64,000 nt of DNA from Octopus vulgaris (GCA_951406725.2 OX597822.1:44888001-44952000); one strand, 5' to 3'. Shown: positions 14,663 to 28,262, counted from the first letter of the stretch. Numbers and translations are program-made. Notes: generated by a model from the sequence alone, not told the origin.

Positions 14663-14920
14663 AATGTTAGATGATTAAACAGAGCTAATTATTTGAGTTC
14701 GAAATGGGGAATTATTTGAGTTCGAAAGGAGGAGATAAGGAATATAGAGGGAAATAAGAGAATGAAAGTAGAAAATTAAATATAAAATTTATAAAGGTTA
14801 TGTAGTGGCAGTTATATATTTTATATATTTATTTCTACTTTCATTCTCTTATTTCCCTTTATATTCTCTATCTCCTTTTCCAAAATAATTCCTTATTTTG
14901 AACTCTAACCATCTCACATC

Positions 14921-14968
14921 GTCTCTGATGAAGGGATATCCATAATATCCCAGAAACAGCTGCAAGAC
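14921..14968 (+). ncRNA. Hammerhead motif with mutated cleavage triplet (GCA)
   Basis: GUCU-CUGAUGA-A-GGGAUAU-ccaua-AUAUCCC-A-GAAA-CAGCUG-CA-AGAC. The conserved U16.1 is replaced by C. Confidence 0.7.
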
Positions 14969-15054
14969 TATATCTATATATTTTTCCTTATAAATGTTCT
15001 GAGAACTCCTCACTGCCTTGGCGCTTTATTATCTATTTTGTCTAAGATATACAT

Positions 15055-15114
<60 letters not shown>

Positions 15115-15242
15115 TTGCAAATACATGATCCACAAGAGACTCCTCACTTGTATCACTATCGAACCAAGAGTTTAACTATAGTCTGTCCATAGCACTTACC
15201 TACCGTTACCCGACACTCTTTGTGTCTTCTAGATACCAACAA

Positions 15243-15502
<260 letters not shown>

Positions 15503-15660
15503 CGTGTGTGCGTATGCTTTTTCATCAATATTGCAATTTAAATATGAAAAACCCCAAGCCAGATGCTTCAAATAATATTGTGTTAAAAAATGTCATGCTT
15601 CTCTATCGCATAAATCATGTATGCATACGTACATACATACGTACATACATATATATGTAC

Positions 15661-15779
<119 letters not shown>

Positions 15780-15867
15780 TAGATATAAATATATACATAT
15801 GTGTAAATATATATATATATATTTGCATGTGAGTGTGTGTGAGTGTATGTATATATGTATATATATA

Positions 15868-16819
15868 CACTGGCGTAAATAAATTTAAGACCGATGATAA
15901 AAGTTCTATTTCTTACAAAGTATTTTGTTACTAAAACCATACAAATTATTTTTATCTTTTACACCTTATGCAGAATTTATTTCTCTTTCGAATGATGCAG
16001 AAAATAACTATTTTTGTACAACTTGAAGACTTCTAATGTTAAATTAATATAAACGTTTCAATTTTACCGGCAAAATTAGTTTAAGTCCATGCAATATGTA
16101 TGCAATTTCTTTGCCAAAGTGGGTGGTCACACAACTAACCTAACTGCACTATATAGTGTTATCAGGTAACGTTATTATACAGTTGATTAATAATGGGAGA
16201 ACAACATAGCCTCAGTGCAGTCACGAGAGCAAAAATCGTATTACTTTAGCAGCAAAAAGTTTCCTTTTCGAACATTTAGTAGCTTTGGTGTTGGCTCTCT
16301 AGTTAAAGTTGATGGAAATCTAAAGGCAGGGCTCCAGCATGGCCGCAGTCAAATGATTGAAATAAGTAAAAGAGTAAAAGATATTAAAGAGAGTGTAGGT
16401 TAAAATATTATGGACATTTTTTATCACCATAATGTTGACGTAATCGAATGGCCTCCCCAGAGCCCGGACCTGAATCCGATCGAGAACTTGTGGAATTGTT
16501 TCCAAAAATGTCCATGATAAAAACCATCTAATCTAAAACAATTATTCGATTATATCAATGAAATATGGCAAAACATTTCCATATAATTTTGTAATCACTT
16601 AGCGAATTCAGTGCCGAGGCGTTGTTCAGTCGTTATTAAGAATAAAAGGCTACGGCACAAAGTATTAATATATAGTTCGTTCTTGTTGCTTATTTTTGCT
16701 ACAATCTTATGTTAAAATAAAATTATACTGGTAGTCTTCAACTAATTTTGCCGGTAAATTTGAAACATTTATATTAAGTTAGCATTAGAATTCTTCAAGT
16801 TGTATAAAAGCATTTATAA

Positions 16820-16854
<35 letters not shown>

Positions 16855-16992
16855 TTGTCTGCATCATCCGAAAGAGAAATAAATTCTGCATAAAGTGTAA
16901 GAGATAAAGATAATTTGTATGGTGTTAGTAACAAAATACTTTGTAAGAAATTGAACTTTTATCATCGGTCTTAAATTTATTTCTCGCCAGTG
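15868..16992 (+). mobile_element. Internally deleted Tc1-family DNA transposon with ~210 bp TIRs
   Basis: TA|CACTGGCG...CGCCAGTG|TA termini and long TIRs (15868-16080 vs 16741-16992). Residual transposase C-terminus [19 protein letters not shown] at 16437-16493 and ...PRRCSVVIKNK. A SINE tail is inserted at ~16321-16390. Confidence 0.9.
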
Positions 16993-17058
<66 letters not shown>

Positions 17059-17060
17059 TA

Positions 17061-17197
17061 CACTGGCGAGAAATAAATTTAAGACCGATGATAAAAGTTC
17101 TATTTCTTACAAAGTATTTTGTTACTAACACCATACAAATTATCTTTATCTCTTACACTTTATGCAGAATTTATTTTCTTTCGGATGATGCAGACAA

Positions 17198-17232
<35 letters not shown>

Positions 17233-17244
17233 TTATAAATGCTT
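17061..17244 (+). repeat. Extra inverted copy of the Tc1 right TIR
   Basis: Near-exact reverse complement of 16808-16992, including its internal (TA)n. Confidence 0.9.
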
Positions 17245-17640
17245 AGCGATATTTCGTCTGCTTTTATGCTCTGTGTTTAAATTCCGTCGAGGTCGACTTT
17301 GCCTTTCATGCTTTCGGGGTCGATAAATTAAGTACTAGTTGCGTACTGGGGTCGATCTAATCTACTTGTCCCTTCCCCAAAAATTTCGGGCCTTGTGCCT
17401 GGAGTAGAAAAGAATAATTACCAGAAAGAGGTGGTGAGATGGTAGAAACGTTAGCACGCCGGGCGAAATGCATAGCGGTATTACGTCTGTATGTATGCTC
17501 AGAATTCACATTCCGCCGAGATTGTCATTGTCTTTCATCTTTTCATCATAAGTACCAGGTGCGTATTGGGGTCGATCTAATCGACTAGCCCCCTCCTCAA
17601 AAATTTCGGGCCCTGTGCCTAGAGTAGAAAAGAATAATTA
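17242..17640 (+). mobile_element. Two tandem SINE family B copies
   Basis: attccg.cgaggtcgactttgcctttcat.ctttcggggtcgataaattaagtac core and gggccttgtgcct.gagtagaaaagaat tail, present twice. Confidence 0.85.
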
Positions 17641-18034
17641 AAGTATATATTATGCAATTTGTTTTGTTTTTGCTATGAGCCAAATACCTCATACTGTGGC
17701 AGAATTGTCTTGAATGAAACCGGAGCGAAATGTAAAAGATAAAAGGGTTGGGTATTACTGATCTAAACCACAGTGAGATAATCATTTCTTCATAACATTT
17801 GGGGGAGCTAGCAGTTTGAATAAGAATTCTAGAAATAAGGAATAAATGTATGAAAGACCTGTATAAAATTTTGTTTCCTTTTCTAGTTTTGGCTTAAGTA
17901 TTACGAAGGTCTTAACATTTCTAGTCTTAAGGAATCAAGCGTAAATAAATACATACACGCATGTGTGTGTGTGTGTGTTTGTGTGTGTGTATGTGTGCGT
18001 GTATGTGTGTGTGTATGTGTGTGTGTGTGTGTAT

Positions 18035-18230
18035 TCAAAGAAGATTGACACAATGCGACGAATCAGCTGCTGAGAGAGACTGAAAGAGATAAATCTCTAC
18101 TCCCTGGTGCAAAGGCGGGAAAGATATGTAGAGATACACATCTGGGAAATCCTGGAGGACCTTGTACCAAGCTTTGGCGCTGAAAGTAACGCAAACAGCA
18201 GTACGGTCTGCTACTGTATATTCTCCCACG
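18035..18230 (+). mobile_element. CR1/L2-group LINE fragment
   Basis: Translates as ERLKEINLYSLVQRRERYVEIHIWEILEDLVPSFG, homologous to 8555-8934. Confidence 0.65.
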
Positions 18231-18239
18231 AAGCCTGAG

Positions 18240-18790
18240 ACGCTTGCATGTCATGAGTGTAGGATTTTCCAAAAACTACCTGATTTTTGCGTAGGATGAA
18301 CCCATCGTGAATTTGCCGGAAGTCCATTAGACTTCTCCTTATTTCAGAAGAGATGTATTCCTCCTACATGCCTGCGAAATTTTAAGTCTTACGGATCGAA
18401 GTGAAACTGGTATGTATGTATGTATGTATGTATGTATGTATGTATGTATGTATGTATGTATGTATATATGTACGTATGTATGTATGCAATTATGCATGTA
18501 TGCATGTATGTATGTGTGCAGATTTGTATATTTTGCTTTATGTATGTATTCCCATGCATATATTTGCATATCTAAACATGCTCAAACATATTCAAATGAT
18601 AAATTTCTGGAAAGTTTTACAGATTTTTACAGATCCAGTAATGGATTGGAACTGTAGTCTTCGAATTAGTTTTCTCCTTTCTGGTTTTGAGAAGCCTAAT
18701 TTGTGAAGACTAGTATTTAGGCAGTGTGTTACATATCCCAGAGCCCCAGTAGTTACACGTATAAACCTAGACTTGTAATCTCGATAGAGT
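18240..18790 (-). mobile_element. 3' end of an RLE-type non-LTR retrotransposon with probable 3' UTR containing (CATA)n
   Basis: YKSRFIRVTTGALGYV...LIRRLQFQSITGSVKICKTF resembles the PxxxGALG...LQ...GS C-terminus of RLE LINEs. Confidence 0.55.
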
Positions 18791-18833
18791 AAATGCAGAT
18801 TTGTCAATTGTATATACGTATATATATATATAT

Positions 18834-20594
18834 AGCAAGGAAAAATTGTAAATAGGCAGAATGCTAAATTGAAAGAAAATTTTAATGAAAATGGGTGTAT
18901 GGAAAAGATTTTGAAAAATTGATAAAATATATATATATTAATTCAAATCGGTTTTCGTCATAATGTGACTTTTCAAGAATTGTAAAGAAAAGAAATTTTT
19001 TTAAATGTGAGGAGGGGAAAAAAAGAAAATTGCATTGTTTTTTGCAAAAAAATAAAAATAAATATATACAAAAATTCAAAAATAGGTACTCCGATACATT
19101 GTAAAGTCTTTGTGTATTTCGAGTTTAATGATTGTTCACGAAAAAATTACCTTGAAGTATTGAGATCCAATGGGATTAAATCCATGTGTTGTTTAATTTA
19201 ATTAAGGATGTCTCTTAAGTGCATGGCAAAACATGAAGTAGTAGTAGTTCAGTTCCTGTGTTGTGAATAAGGGGAGACAACTCTATGGGTTTTAAGCTCT
19301 TCAATTTGTATTTATCAATTTTTTGTAATAAAGGGTGTTAATAAACCTTAAATTATAAAATTATCATTTTATCTTCATTTGCATTATCTTTTTTATATAA
19401 TTGTTTGCTAACTTAACATTCAAATTTTAACACTTTATTTATATTGTTTTCTAATTATATAAATTTGCATAAACCAATTTATAATTACATTTCAGATTGT
19501 TATGTCATATATAATAAAAATAATAATAATAACAACAATAATAATAATGATATTTAAAGAATATAAGTTTTAGGTGATGACTGCATGGTATCCTTATATA
19601 TTTGTGTTAGTCCATCCATGAAGAATGGGGTAGAAAAAAGAAGTATGATCAACGAGGAGTTTGCATATTAAGATGCGTTTTGAATTTTTCAATAAAGAGA
19701 TTCTCCTTGTTAATTCTCTCCTGTGTGGTGATTCCGTCTTTACATTGGTAGAAGGGGAATATGTAGAATTTGGGATTTTTGTCTTTAGCGCATGAGTCTA
19801 TGTGGTCACTCAGTGGGATTTGCCGGTATTCAAGGAGATTTATTTGTTCTTTATGCACCACTACTCTTTTACGTAACGGGAGGCTCGTTTGTCCAACATA
19901 ATTATGTTGGCAACCAGCGCATGTGAGAACGTAGATAGGGTTCTCGGAGGAACAGAAGTTGGTCTTGATTTTAAACTTCGTTCCTTGTTTGAAGATAAAT
20001 TCAGAGCCTTCAAGTAGGAAGGGGCAGGTGCCACAGTTTGGGCGTGCACATTTTTTAGCTGCTGGGGGTGGATGTGGTGTGTGAAGTTTGGCATTTGTCA
20101 AGAGTTTTTTTAAAGATTTGTGTTGCCTTTTACATTTGAGGATTTTGTGTGTATTTATAATGTTTTTCATTTTTGGATCTGTTGACAGTAGACTGAGGTT
20201 TTGTATGATTGTGGTGTATGCTTTGATATTTTGGGGGTTGTGGGTGAAATATACCCCAAAATACTTCCATACTTGAAGGTAATTTTTTCGTGAACAATCA
20301 TTAAACTCAAGATACACAAAGACTTTACAATGTATCGGAGTACCTATTTTTGAATTTTTGTATATATTTATTTTTATTTTTTTGCAAAAACAATGTAATT
20401 TTCTTTTTTCCCCCTCCTCACATTTAAAAAAATTTCTTTTCTTTACAATTCTTGAAAAGTCACATTATGACGAAAATCGGTTTGAATTAATATATATATA
20501 TTTTATCAATTTTTCAAAAACTTTTTCATACACCCATTTTTATTAAAATTTTCTTTCAATTTAGCATTCTGCCTTTTTACAATTTTTCCTTGCT
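18834..20594 (-). mobile_element. 5'-truncated Penelope-like element with inverted pseudo-LTRs
   Basis: ~330 bp inverted repeats (18834-19163 / 20265-20594) enclose a GIY-YIG ORF fragment. Flanked by (TA)n. Confidence 0.9.
19649..20262 (-). CDS. Penelope-like element C-terminus: Cys-rich linker + GIY-YIG endonuclease (Neptune-like), truncated
   Basis: FTHNP..., KSLKKLLT, CARPNCGTC, NPIYVLTCAGCQHNYVGQT..LRKRVVVH, LSDHIDSC, ERINKENLFIEKFKTHLN. Confidence 0.85.
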
Positions 20595-20620
20595 TATCAA
20601 CACAACCCCACCATTTATTG

Positions 20621-20705
<85 letters not shown>

Positions 20706-20722
20706 TATAAAAATATATGCAT

Positions 20723-20930
<208 letters not shown>

Positions 20931-21289
20931 TATATTTGTGTGTGTGTATACATACATACATACATATATATATATATACTTAGAAATATACATATATTAC
21001 CTTTCATACGGTCGTATGACATTAAAACGCACACGTCAAGCAGAAATATAGAAATTCTATACCTGATTTTGTGATCACATTCGACCAATCAAATTTCATC
21101 TTAACTGAAAGCAATTTAGATCGTAATTTTTCCATAGAATGGATCGAATTTTCAAGCTAAAATGAAAGCCAATCCAGTTATGACATAGCCACATGTTTCG
21201 TGTCTCACTCTACTGCAACGCCAGCAAAAGAAGCAACGTCAGCGGGGAAACACCAACAGCATTAGCAACACCATCAGCAACAGCCCTTC

Positions 21290-21700
21290 AAATGGTAACC
21301 ATTATCTCCCTGATTTTCCGATGCAGATTCCCAGTTAATTTTCTGGATCCATTACCGAGTTGTGCTGAAGTTAATTCTGCGTAAGAACTATTCAGGTGTG
21401 CTGTGCCTGTAAATCGAAACTCCAGTATCATCAGGAAAATTCTCATTGGTTTACATGTAACTGTATCATATTTAACCATTTACGCAGTTTCGTACCAATT
21501 CTGTCTTGGTAATACATTAAATGCATTAAGGGTTTCGAATCTCTGAGAAATATTCAGCCACCAATATATTATATCGGGAGGAATTTTGTTGAGAAATACT
21601 TTCGTGCACCAGTCAGACATCTGCGTAGTTTCATATCGAGTCTGCCTGAGAATTTCATAAACAGTACATGAATTCCTAGAATACACAACCAACGGCACAC
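21290..21700 (-). pseudogene. Possible ancient RTE-type LINE ORF fragment
   Basis: Weak resemblance of PLVVYSRNSCTVY and HLNSSYAEL...GSRKL to the RTE motifs PxLLYGSETWT and KQLLYGEL...GRP. Confidence 0.3.
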
Positions 21701-21973
21701 AAAGTTACAAATAGCTGTCTGCTACAAATGCTCACAGACAAAAGGAAATAATAACATAATCCTATTTCCTCTGCGAAAAGAAATGGGGTTTTGGCAGTCT
21801 TCCTGTCACCAGTCCATAACTCAAAATGAAATTTTAAAAATAATAAAAAACAGGGGTAAAATGTTTAGCATGAAGGGTGAACATCTACTCTTTGAAGTGA
21901 GCGTTGTGTAATGCATATGTTTGCGGTAAATACCAAAGAAAAAACGACGACGCGGATAATAATAATAATAATC

Positions 21974-22022
<49 letters not shown>

Positions 22023-22036
22023 TGATGATGATGATG

Positions 22037-22200
22037 ATAGGGCTGCAATAAGGGTGGAGCACTTGCAGAAAATTGCACTGCTTCGACCCGCTCGAATACT
22101 CCGGAAGGTGCTCGAAAAACAAGAGGTGTTACCTTAGTTCACTTGTAGTGAACAGCAGATACTGTAGTACATCTCCAGCGTTAGAAGCTGTGCAAAAGGC

Positions 22201-22232
<32 letters not shown>

Positions 22233-22589
22233 TGATGATAATTATTTTAAATGGAGTAGATTCAAAGTACCGATATTGCAACGATGGGATTGAAGACTTG
22301 CACCACCTAATCTCTGGGTGTAAGGTTTTAGCACCTGTAGAATCCAAATCAAGACAGGACAGAATTGCCCAATATCGACGTTGGATAATGTGTCGGCATT
22401 ATACATCAAGACTGCCGACATATAGGGTTTGCAATGAGGGTGGAACACTTGCAGAAAACAGCACTGCTTGGAACCGCTCGAATACTCCGGAAGTTGCTCG
22501 AAAAATAAGAGGTGTTATCTTAGTTCAATGGTAGTGAACAGCTGGCACCGTAGTACATCTCCAGCGTTAGAAGCTGTGGAAAGACAGTA

Positions 22590-22639
<50 letters not shown>

Positions 22640-23060
22640 TAATAATAATAATAGATCAGATGCTAGAGCATAACAGACCGTGCCGAGTGATGGTGGACAT
22701 AGTGCACCACATATTCTATAGTTGATGTAGCATGTCCCTTTGACTCACGAATAGCCAAGAAGGGAGGCGACAAGATATATAGATACAACCCTCTTAAGTA
22801 CGAAATAGCCCGGCTATGGAAAAGGAAGAAAGTGAAGATGGTGCCAATTATTGTTGGGTCCTTGGAAACAGTATCAGGAGGCATCAAGAGGGATATAAAG
22901 GAAATTGGAATAGAATGCCCAGTAGAACTGTTACAAAGGATTTGCCTCCTTGGCACAGTTGAAAAGAACGAATAGCATGGTACCGTAGGCTGCAGGTAGT
23001 AAGCCCGCTACGTATGCATGACTCTTGGGTCTCTGACAAAATCTGTGATAAAGAGAAAAT
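22037..23060 (+). mobile_element. Tandem array of Dong/R4-type 3' fragments from three families, separated by (TAA)n
   Basis: AIRVEHLQKIALL..ARILRKVLE (22037-22200 and 22422-22590), CCHC fragment CNDGIEDLHHLISGC (22248-22420), and VDVACPFD...PIIVGSL...LQRICLLGT (22653-23060). Confidence 0.8.
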
Positions 23061-23069
23061 AATAATAAC

Positions 23070-23114
<45 letters not shown>

Positions 23115-23689
23115 GGTTTCAAATTTTGGCGCAAGGCACTCAGGGGTGAGTGTCACTAGATTACATAATACCAGTAGAGCCAACTACTAGCATAGCTGAA
23201 AAAGATGAGAACGAATGTAAAAATAGAACACCAACGAAAATTATCATTGCATGAGAGCCCTTGTCCCCAAGTGTCACCTTAGTCTGCTGACTGTGGAGAG
23301 ATCATCGCATATCAAACCCAGCAAGGGAAAGCACATATTTTTCATGATGATGATAATCATAACAATGATAATTTCATTCATTTGCCACCAGCGCGAAGGA
23401 TGAAGAGGACAATACAAAGACAGACATAAAGTCTGGGTATTTACCAGTAACTAAATGATAAAATAATTATATTTTTTTAAATGAATAACTAAAATGTAAG
23501 TATACACGGTAAACAATGAAAAGGAAGAGACATGCATAGTATACAAAGGTTAATAAAAAATCGGCGGGGAGAAGATGATAGTGATGTAGTCCTCCTGATA
23601 CAGGATGACCTCTAGGGAGACTCGAGGAACTCATGGAATGCTATTATAGAAACGCGTCTACAAAGTACAAAACAATTACTTCTAGACCA

Positions 23690-26350
23690 GAAAAACTTAG
23701 TCGTGTAAATATAATAAATCTTCCAATTATAAAGATTATAAACATGACTACACGAGGCAAAAAAAAAAGGGAAATATAAATCAAATATGAATCTACAGGA
23801 AAGACATAACACAAATGAAGAAAACTTTTACTTTACGCAAGGAATGAATGCTACAGAGGAATAAAGGGGCTTACTACAACAGCTGAATGAGACAGGGACT
23901 AACGAAAGAAAGAGATAACAAGCGTTGAAATTAATACAAAGAGGAAAAATTGATGAAGTAGTGATTTTGGATGATCTGCTCATGAAAATCTATGTTGAAA
24001 ATACAAGAAATGTAAACGATTTCATATAGTGCACAGCGTCTGTTGCTGTAGGAAACATTGGCGGGGTTATAATCGAAAGAAACACAGGGAACAAAGTCCT
24101 ATGTTGGAATCGAAGATTTGAGTAACAATTTGAACATATGAGAAGAGACATTGGAAGAATAAGTGCAACCACAGAAAAAAAAAATGGTTAGGAGCGAACT
24201 GTAAATAGACACAAAGTGCCACAGGTAGTTAAAGTAGAGATAAGACAAAAGAAGAAAAGCAATGCCAATTTTTTTTTTAAATATAAGGAAACAGTGAGAA
24301 AACTAGTGCCAGTAGAATAAACTCTTGTGGAAAAACCACAGAAAATTATACCAACTGTTGAAGAACATCATCGTAATAATATGCCAGATTCTGAAGCAGC
24401 AAAAATCTTTTGGTAAGAAATTTGGTGCAAAGCAGTCGAACACAATATAAAAGCAGATTTGTTGTAAGAATTTAAAGGAGGACAAATGGAGCAAAGGAAA
24501 AATACAACTCTTGGGGATAACAAAGCGAAAAAGATTATTATGAAAATACCAAATTGAAAGGCCCTAGGATTGGATGGTATTTAGTGATTCTGGCTCAAAA
24601 TCTCCCGAGTATACACAACTATATAAGACAGTTTCTTACTGGTGTATAGAAAATGGAACGCCAAGATGGATGACAAAAGGAAAGACAATGCTGATAGAAA
24701 TGGACAAAGAAAGGAGAGTCAATAATTATAAACTTATTACATGCTTACCATTACTTTGGAAATTATTGATCAGCCTCATATGGCCTTCTGGAGTAGGTCA
24801 ATTTATTGCTAGAACAAAAGCGATTCAGAAAGAAGACAAAGGGAACCGCTTATCTGTTTTATACTGATCGGATTCAAAATAAAGTACGAGTAAGAAAGAA
24901 GGATTTAACGACAATGCTCCATTCTGCTGGCTTTTGTACTGCGTAAGGACGCTCAAAATCAGTGGAACGATAAACAGCTTGTTTTGGCAAAAGCGATGAA
25001 AGTGTGGCACGTAGAGCTAACATGCGCAGATGATTTGTAAGGAAATGTGAACATTTGCAGAGGAATATTCTAAGGATAGTTGCTCTCTTCGTCATTGCGT
25101 TAATCCTACAGAAAAGTATACTGAAAAAATCTAGGCCTGCCTATAATTTTACCAAAACCAACTTGAATACATGCTTTATATGGATGACCTCAAAGAGTGA
25201 AAAAGACCTGGATTCTTTAGTATAAACGGTAAGAGTGTTCAGCAAGCTTATTGGAAGGCAGCCTGGAGTAGATAAGTGTGCAGTGTTAATTATGAAAGGA
25301 AGACGGAAAATAGATTCTGGTTGTATAAAATTACTACAAAACAATCATTAGATTGCTGAGAAATAATGAGGGATGCAAATGCCTGGTGGTGCTGCAAGAC
25401 GATAAGATAATGGAAGGAAAAATAAGAGAGACAATCTCTAAACAGTACAAAAGACAAAAGGAAGTACTAGAATAGTGCTCAAAGCAAAATTAAATGGAGG
25501 GAATATCATTAAAACAATAAATACACGGGCTGTTCGAGACTAAGATACTCTGCTCTCTTCTAAAGTGGACAGGAATCGAGTTACAGAACTTGAACAGAAG
25601 AACTAAAAAACTGCTCGCAATGCACACTGGGCACCACCACGAAGAATGAATGCTATCAGCGGCTTGACATTTCCAGTTACTGGGACAGCGGACGAATTCA
25701 ACAATAGAGGAACAGCAAAGAAAGCAGATGGAAAAGAAAGGAATTACATGGCCAATTCAAGCAAGTAACCGATGATGTTGGCAGTGAAAAGCGTTGGTGT
25801 GTCTGACGGATGTAAACCTGAAATAAGATACCGAAGAGCTTATTGCAGCTGCTCGGGAACAAACAATTAGAAGAAATCTGATAATGGCGAATATTGACAA
25901 AACTCAGTCAGACTGCAAATGTGAAATCTGCAGGAAAGGAGTTGAAAGAATCAATCATCTCTTGAGCAAGTGCAGTGAGGTAGCACCGAAAAAGTATAAG
26001 AGTAGGTATAATAGTGTACATAAGAGTACATTAGAATATTAGCTGGATGTGTGGCTTTGAAATATTAGGGAAGTGTTAGGAACACGAATAAGAGGCTGTG
26101 ACAGATAATAAGTATTAGAGGATTTTATGGGACTTCCGCTTAAAGACTGGCCTTCATATTGAAGCGATGAAAACAAGCATGATCATAAAGGGAGGAAAAA
26201 ATAAGACAAACAGTGTGAGATCATAGACTCTGCAACGCCATATGATACCAGAGTGGATGGCAAAAAAATTGAAAACAAAAATATGAGGACCCTGCCGGAA
26301 AGATGAAGCGATATAGGAAGACACAGGGGACAACTATTCCTGTTTCTACA
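23690..26350 (+). pseudogene. Degenerate Dong/R4-type LINE (RT, CCHC, RLE) with many stops and frameshifts
   Basis: YKLITCLPLLWKLL, LYMDDLK (~25176), CEICRKGVERINHLLSKC (~25919), LWDF and IIDSATPYD in the correct order. Confidence 0.8.
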
Positions 26351-26660
26351 AAAACATTTCCTTCCAACCATTTCATTAAGTTTGACAACCATATCATCCT
26401 TCCTCTACTTCTGTTACTTTTCCCTTCAATCTTTCCGGTCATTGCTAAATTTTCCAAGCCCTTTTTCGTATCTGTCTGAGTGTGCTATCCGAAATATTCT
26501 CCTTGAAACCGCATTTCTCAGCTCTCAAAGCACCTCCTCATTTCTGATGTTACAAGCCATGCCTCACTTCCATACATTAACACTGGGTAGACATAACAGG
26601 TCTTTAGTTTTGAAGCTTAGTGTACGGTTTCTCAAGATGCTATACAATTTTGAGGAGCAG
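26350..26660 (-). mobile_element. RTE-clade LINE 3' fragment
   Basis: LENLAMTGKIEGKSNRSRGRMIWLSNL matches the RTE C-terminal GKIEGKRxRGR motif. Confidence 0.7.
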
Positions 26661-28031
26661 ATTTTATCAGCACATTTTATCATCTGATCTCCTTCCATGG
26701 GCTTGTAATTCACGTAAATTGCTCGTTCTATAAGTGCTATTCAGCATGTCGAGATTGAACAGACCAAGAATCTTCCATACTGTTGTGATTTTGGAAAAGT
26801 TCGTTCGTTGGTTCCCTGTTTTTATTAATATTCTGTCTGTCACATGCCCTACATATTCAGGGCTTGACTCCTCGTCATCTATATCGTATTTAACTCGGAG
26901 TTGTAATGTACATTGTAAAAGTCCTCACTAATATCTCTAACAGTTCTATTTGAAATACCTTACACTTATTACAGCGCCACCATTCGTTAGACGGTTGTGT
27001 GATTCTCCGCGTCTCCTTGCCTGTTTTTCGCTCATAAATGTAAAACCCATGATTCGCTTTGCGTGCTTTGTTTCCATCGAGGAAGCATACATACTGTCAC
27101 AATAAGTTCGGAGTTCTCTTTAACAATTATATCGAGGGCATATAGAAAGTCCCTTCATTATTTGGAGATCAATAGCCAGAGTGAACGGGCCCACTTTAAG
27201 CATACGCCTCTAGATCGATAGTTGATCAAGTGGAGAGGGTAATTGTAGAGGTCAGGGCGTTCGCGGTTTTTTGTGGGGTTTCCGCGAGAAGCCCTCGGAA
27301 GTGTCCCTCTTTTGAGGATTTACCTGTTATAAATTTTATTGTTATATCCTTTTGTACACAATTCAACCCCACTTTGTATGTATGGTATTGTCCTGTACCG
27401 TCCACAATCTTGTTTTATATGAACCCTCAGTGGTTAATAAAGGATTATTTAGAAACCAATGGTACGTAGCAATTTCCTTTCCCAAGGGGCCACCGTCTTT
27501 CTTGACATACTTCGTTCATATTTCATATTATTTCACATTTCCTCTTATTTGAGCTTTTTCGCATCTAAAAGTTCCTGTGACCCACGATGTTAACAAAAGA
27601 TGAAATTTTGTAATGTGGAAGCACTTTTACTGATGATGGAGAAGTTGATATTGGTGAAGATGTAAGGGGTGGTTGGAGTATGGGGGTGGTTTTAATGCTA
27701 GTAATTGTTGTGGTGGGGGCCTGTTATCGTACTGGTTATACTGCCACGGCGTATTTTAATTCAAATCTGTTTACAAAATTATCGATTTTTTTCTTATGTT
27801 TTCAATAGTGCAGCTGTAAGTGTTTATGCTTAAAACTCGGTCTGTTTCTCCAATTTTCACAATTTCTGTTTATTTTAGGAAATCTGTTTTCGTGTTTGAA
27901 AATAATTGCGGTTATGTTTGCTTACGGTATTGTAAATTGCCACCTCCACCGTGACAAGTACCCCGACGAAGGCACACTTTCCTGCTAATTCCTAGGTCAT
28001 TTCGTAACACGAACACAAACAACTTCTATAT

Positions 28032-28111
<80 letters not shown>

Positions 28112-28201
28112 AGGTATATACATACATATAAATATATACATATAAATATATATATATATATATATATATGTATAGGTATATACATACATATAAATATATA
28201 C

Positions 28202-28262
<61 letters not shown>

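Larger units (their letters stand above)
14539..15045. mobile_element. ~500 bp palindromic element (two inverted ~250 bp arms), each arm with a hammerhead motif
   Basis: ttagacaaaa...ccaaggc.gtgaggagtt at the left is the reverse complement of aactcctcac.gccttgg...ttttgtctaa at the right. The arms align along their length. Confidence 0.85.

Noticed and set aside
26900-27960. Possible LINE ORF1 or exon remnant
   Set aside because: No diagnostic motif could be identified by eye.
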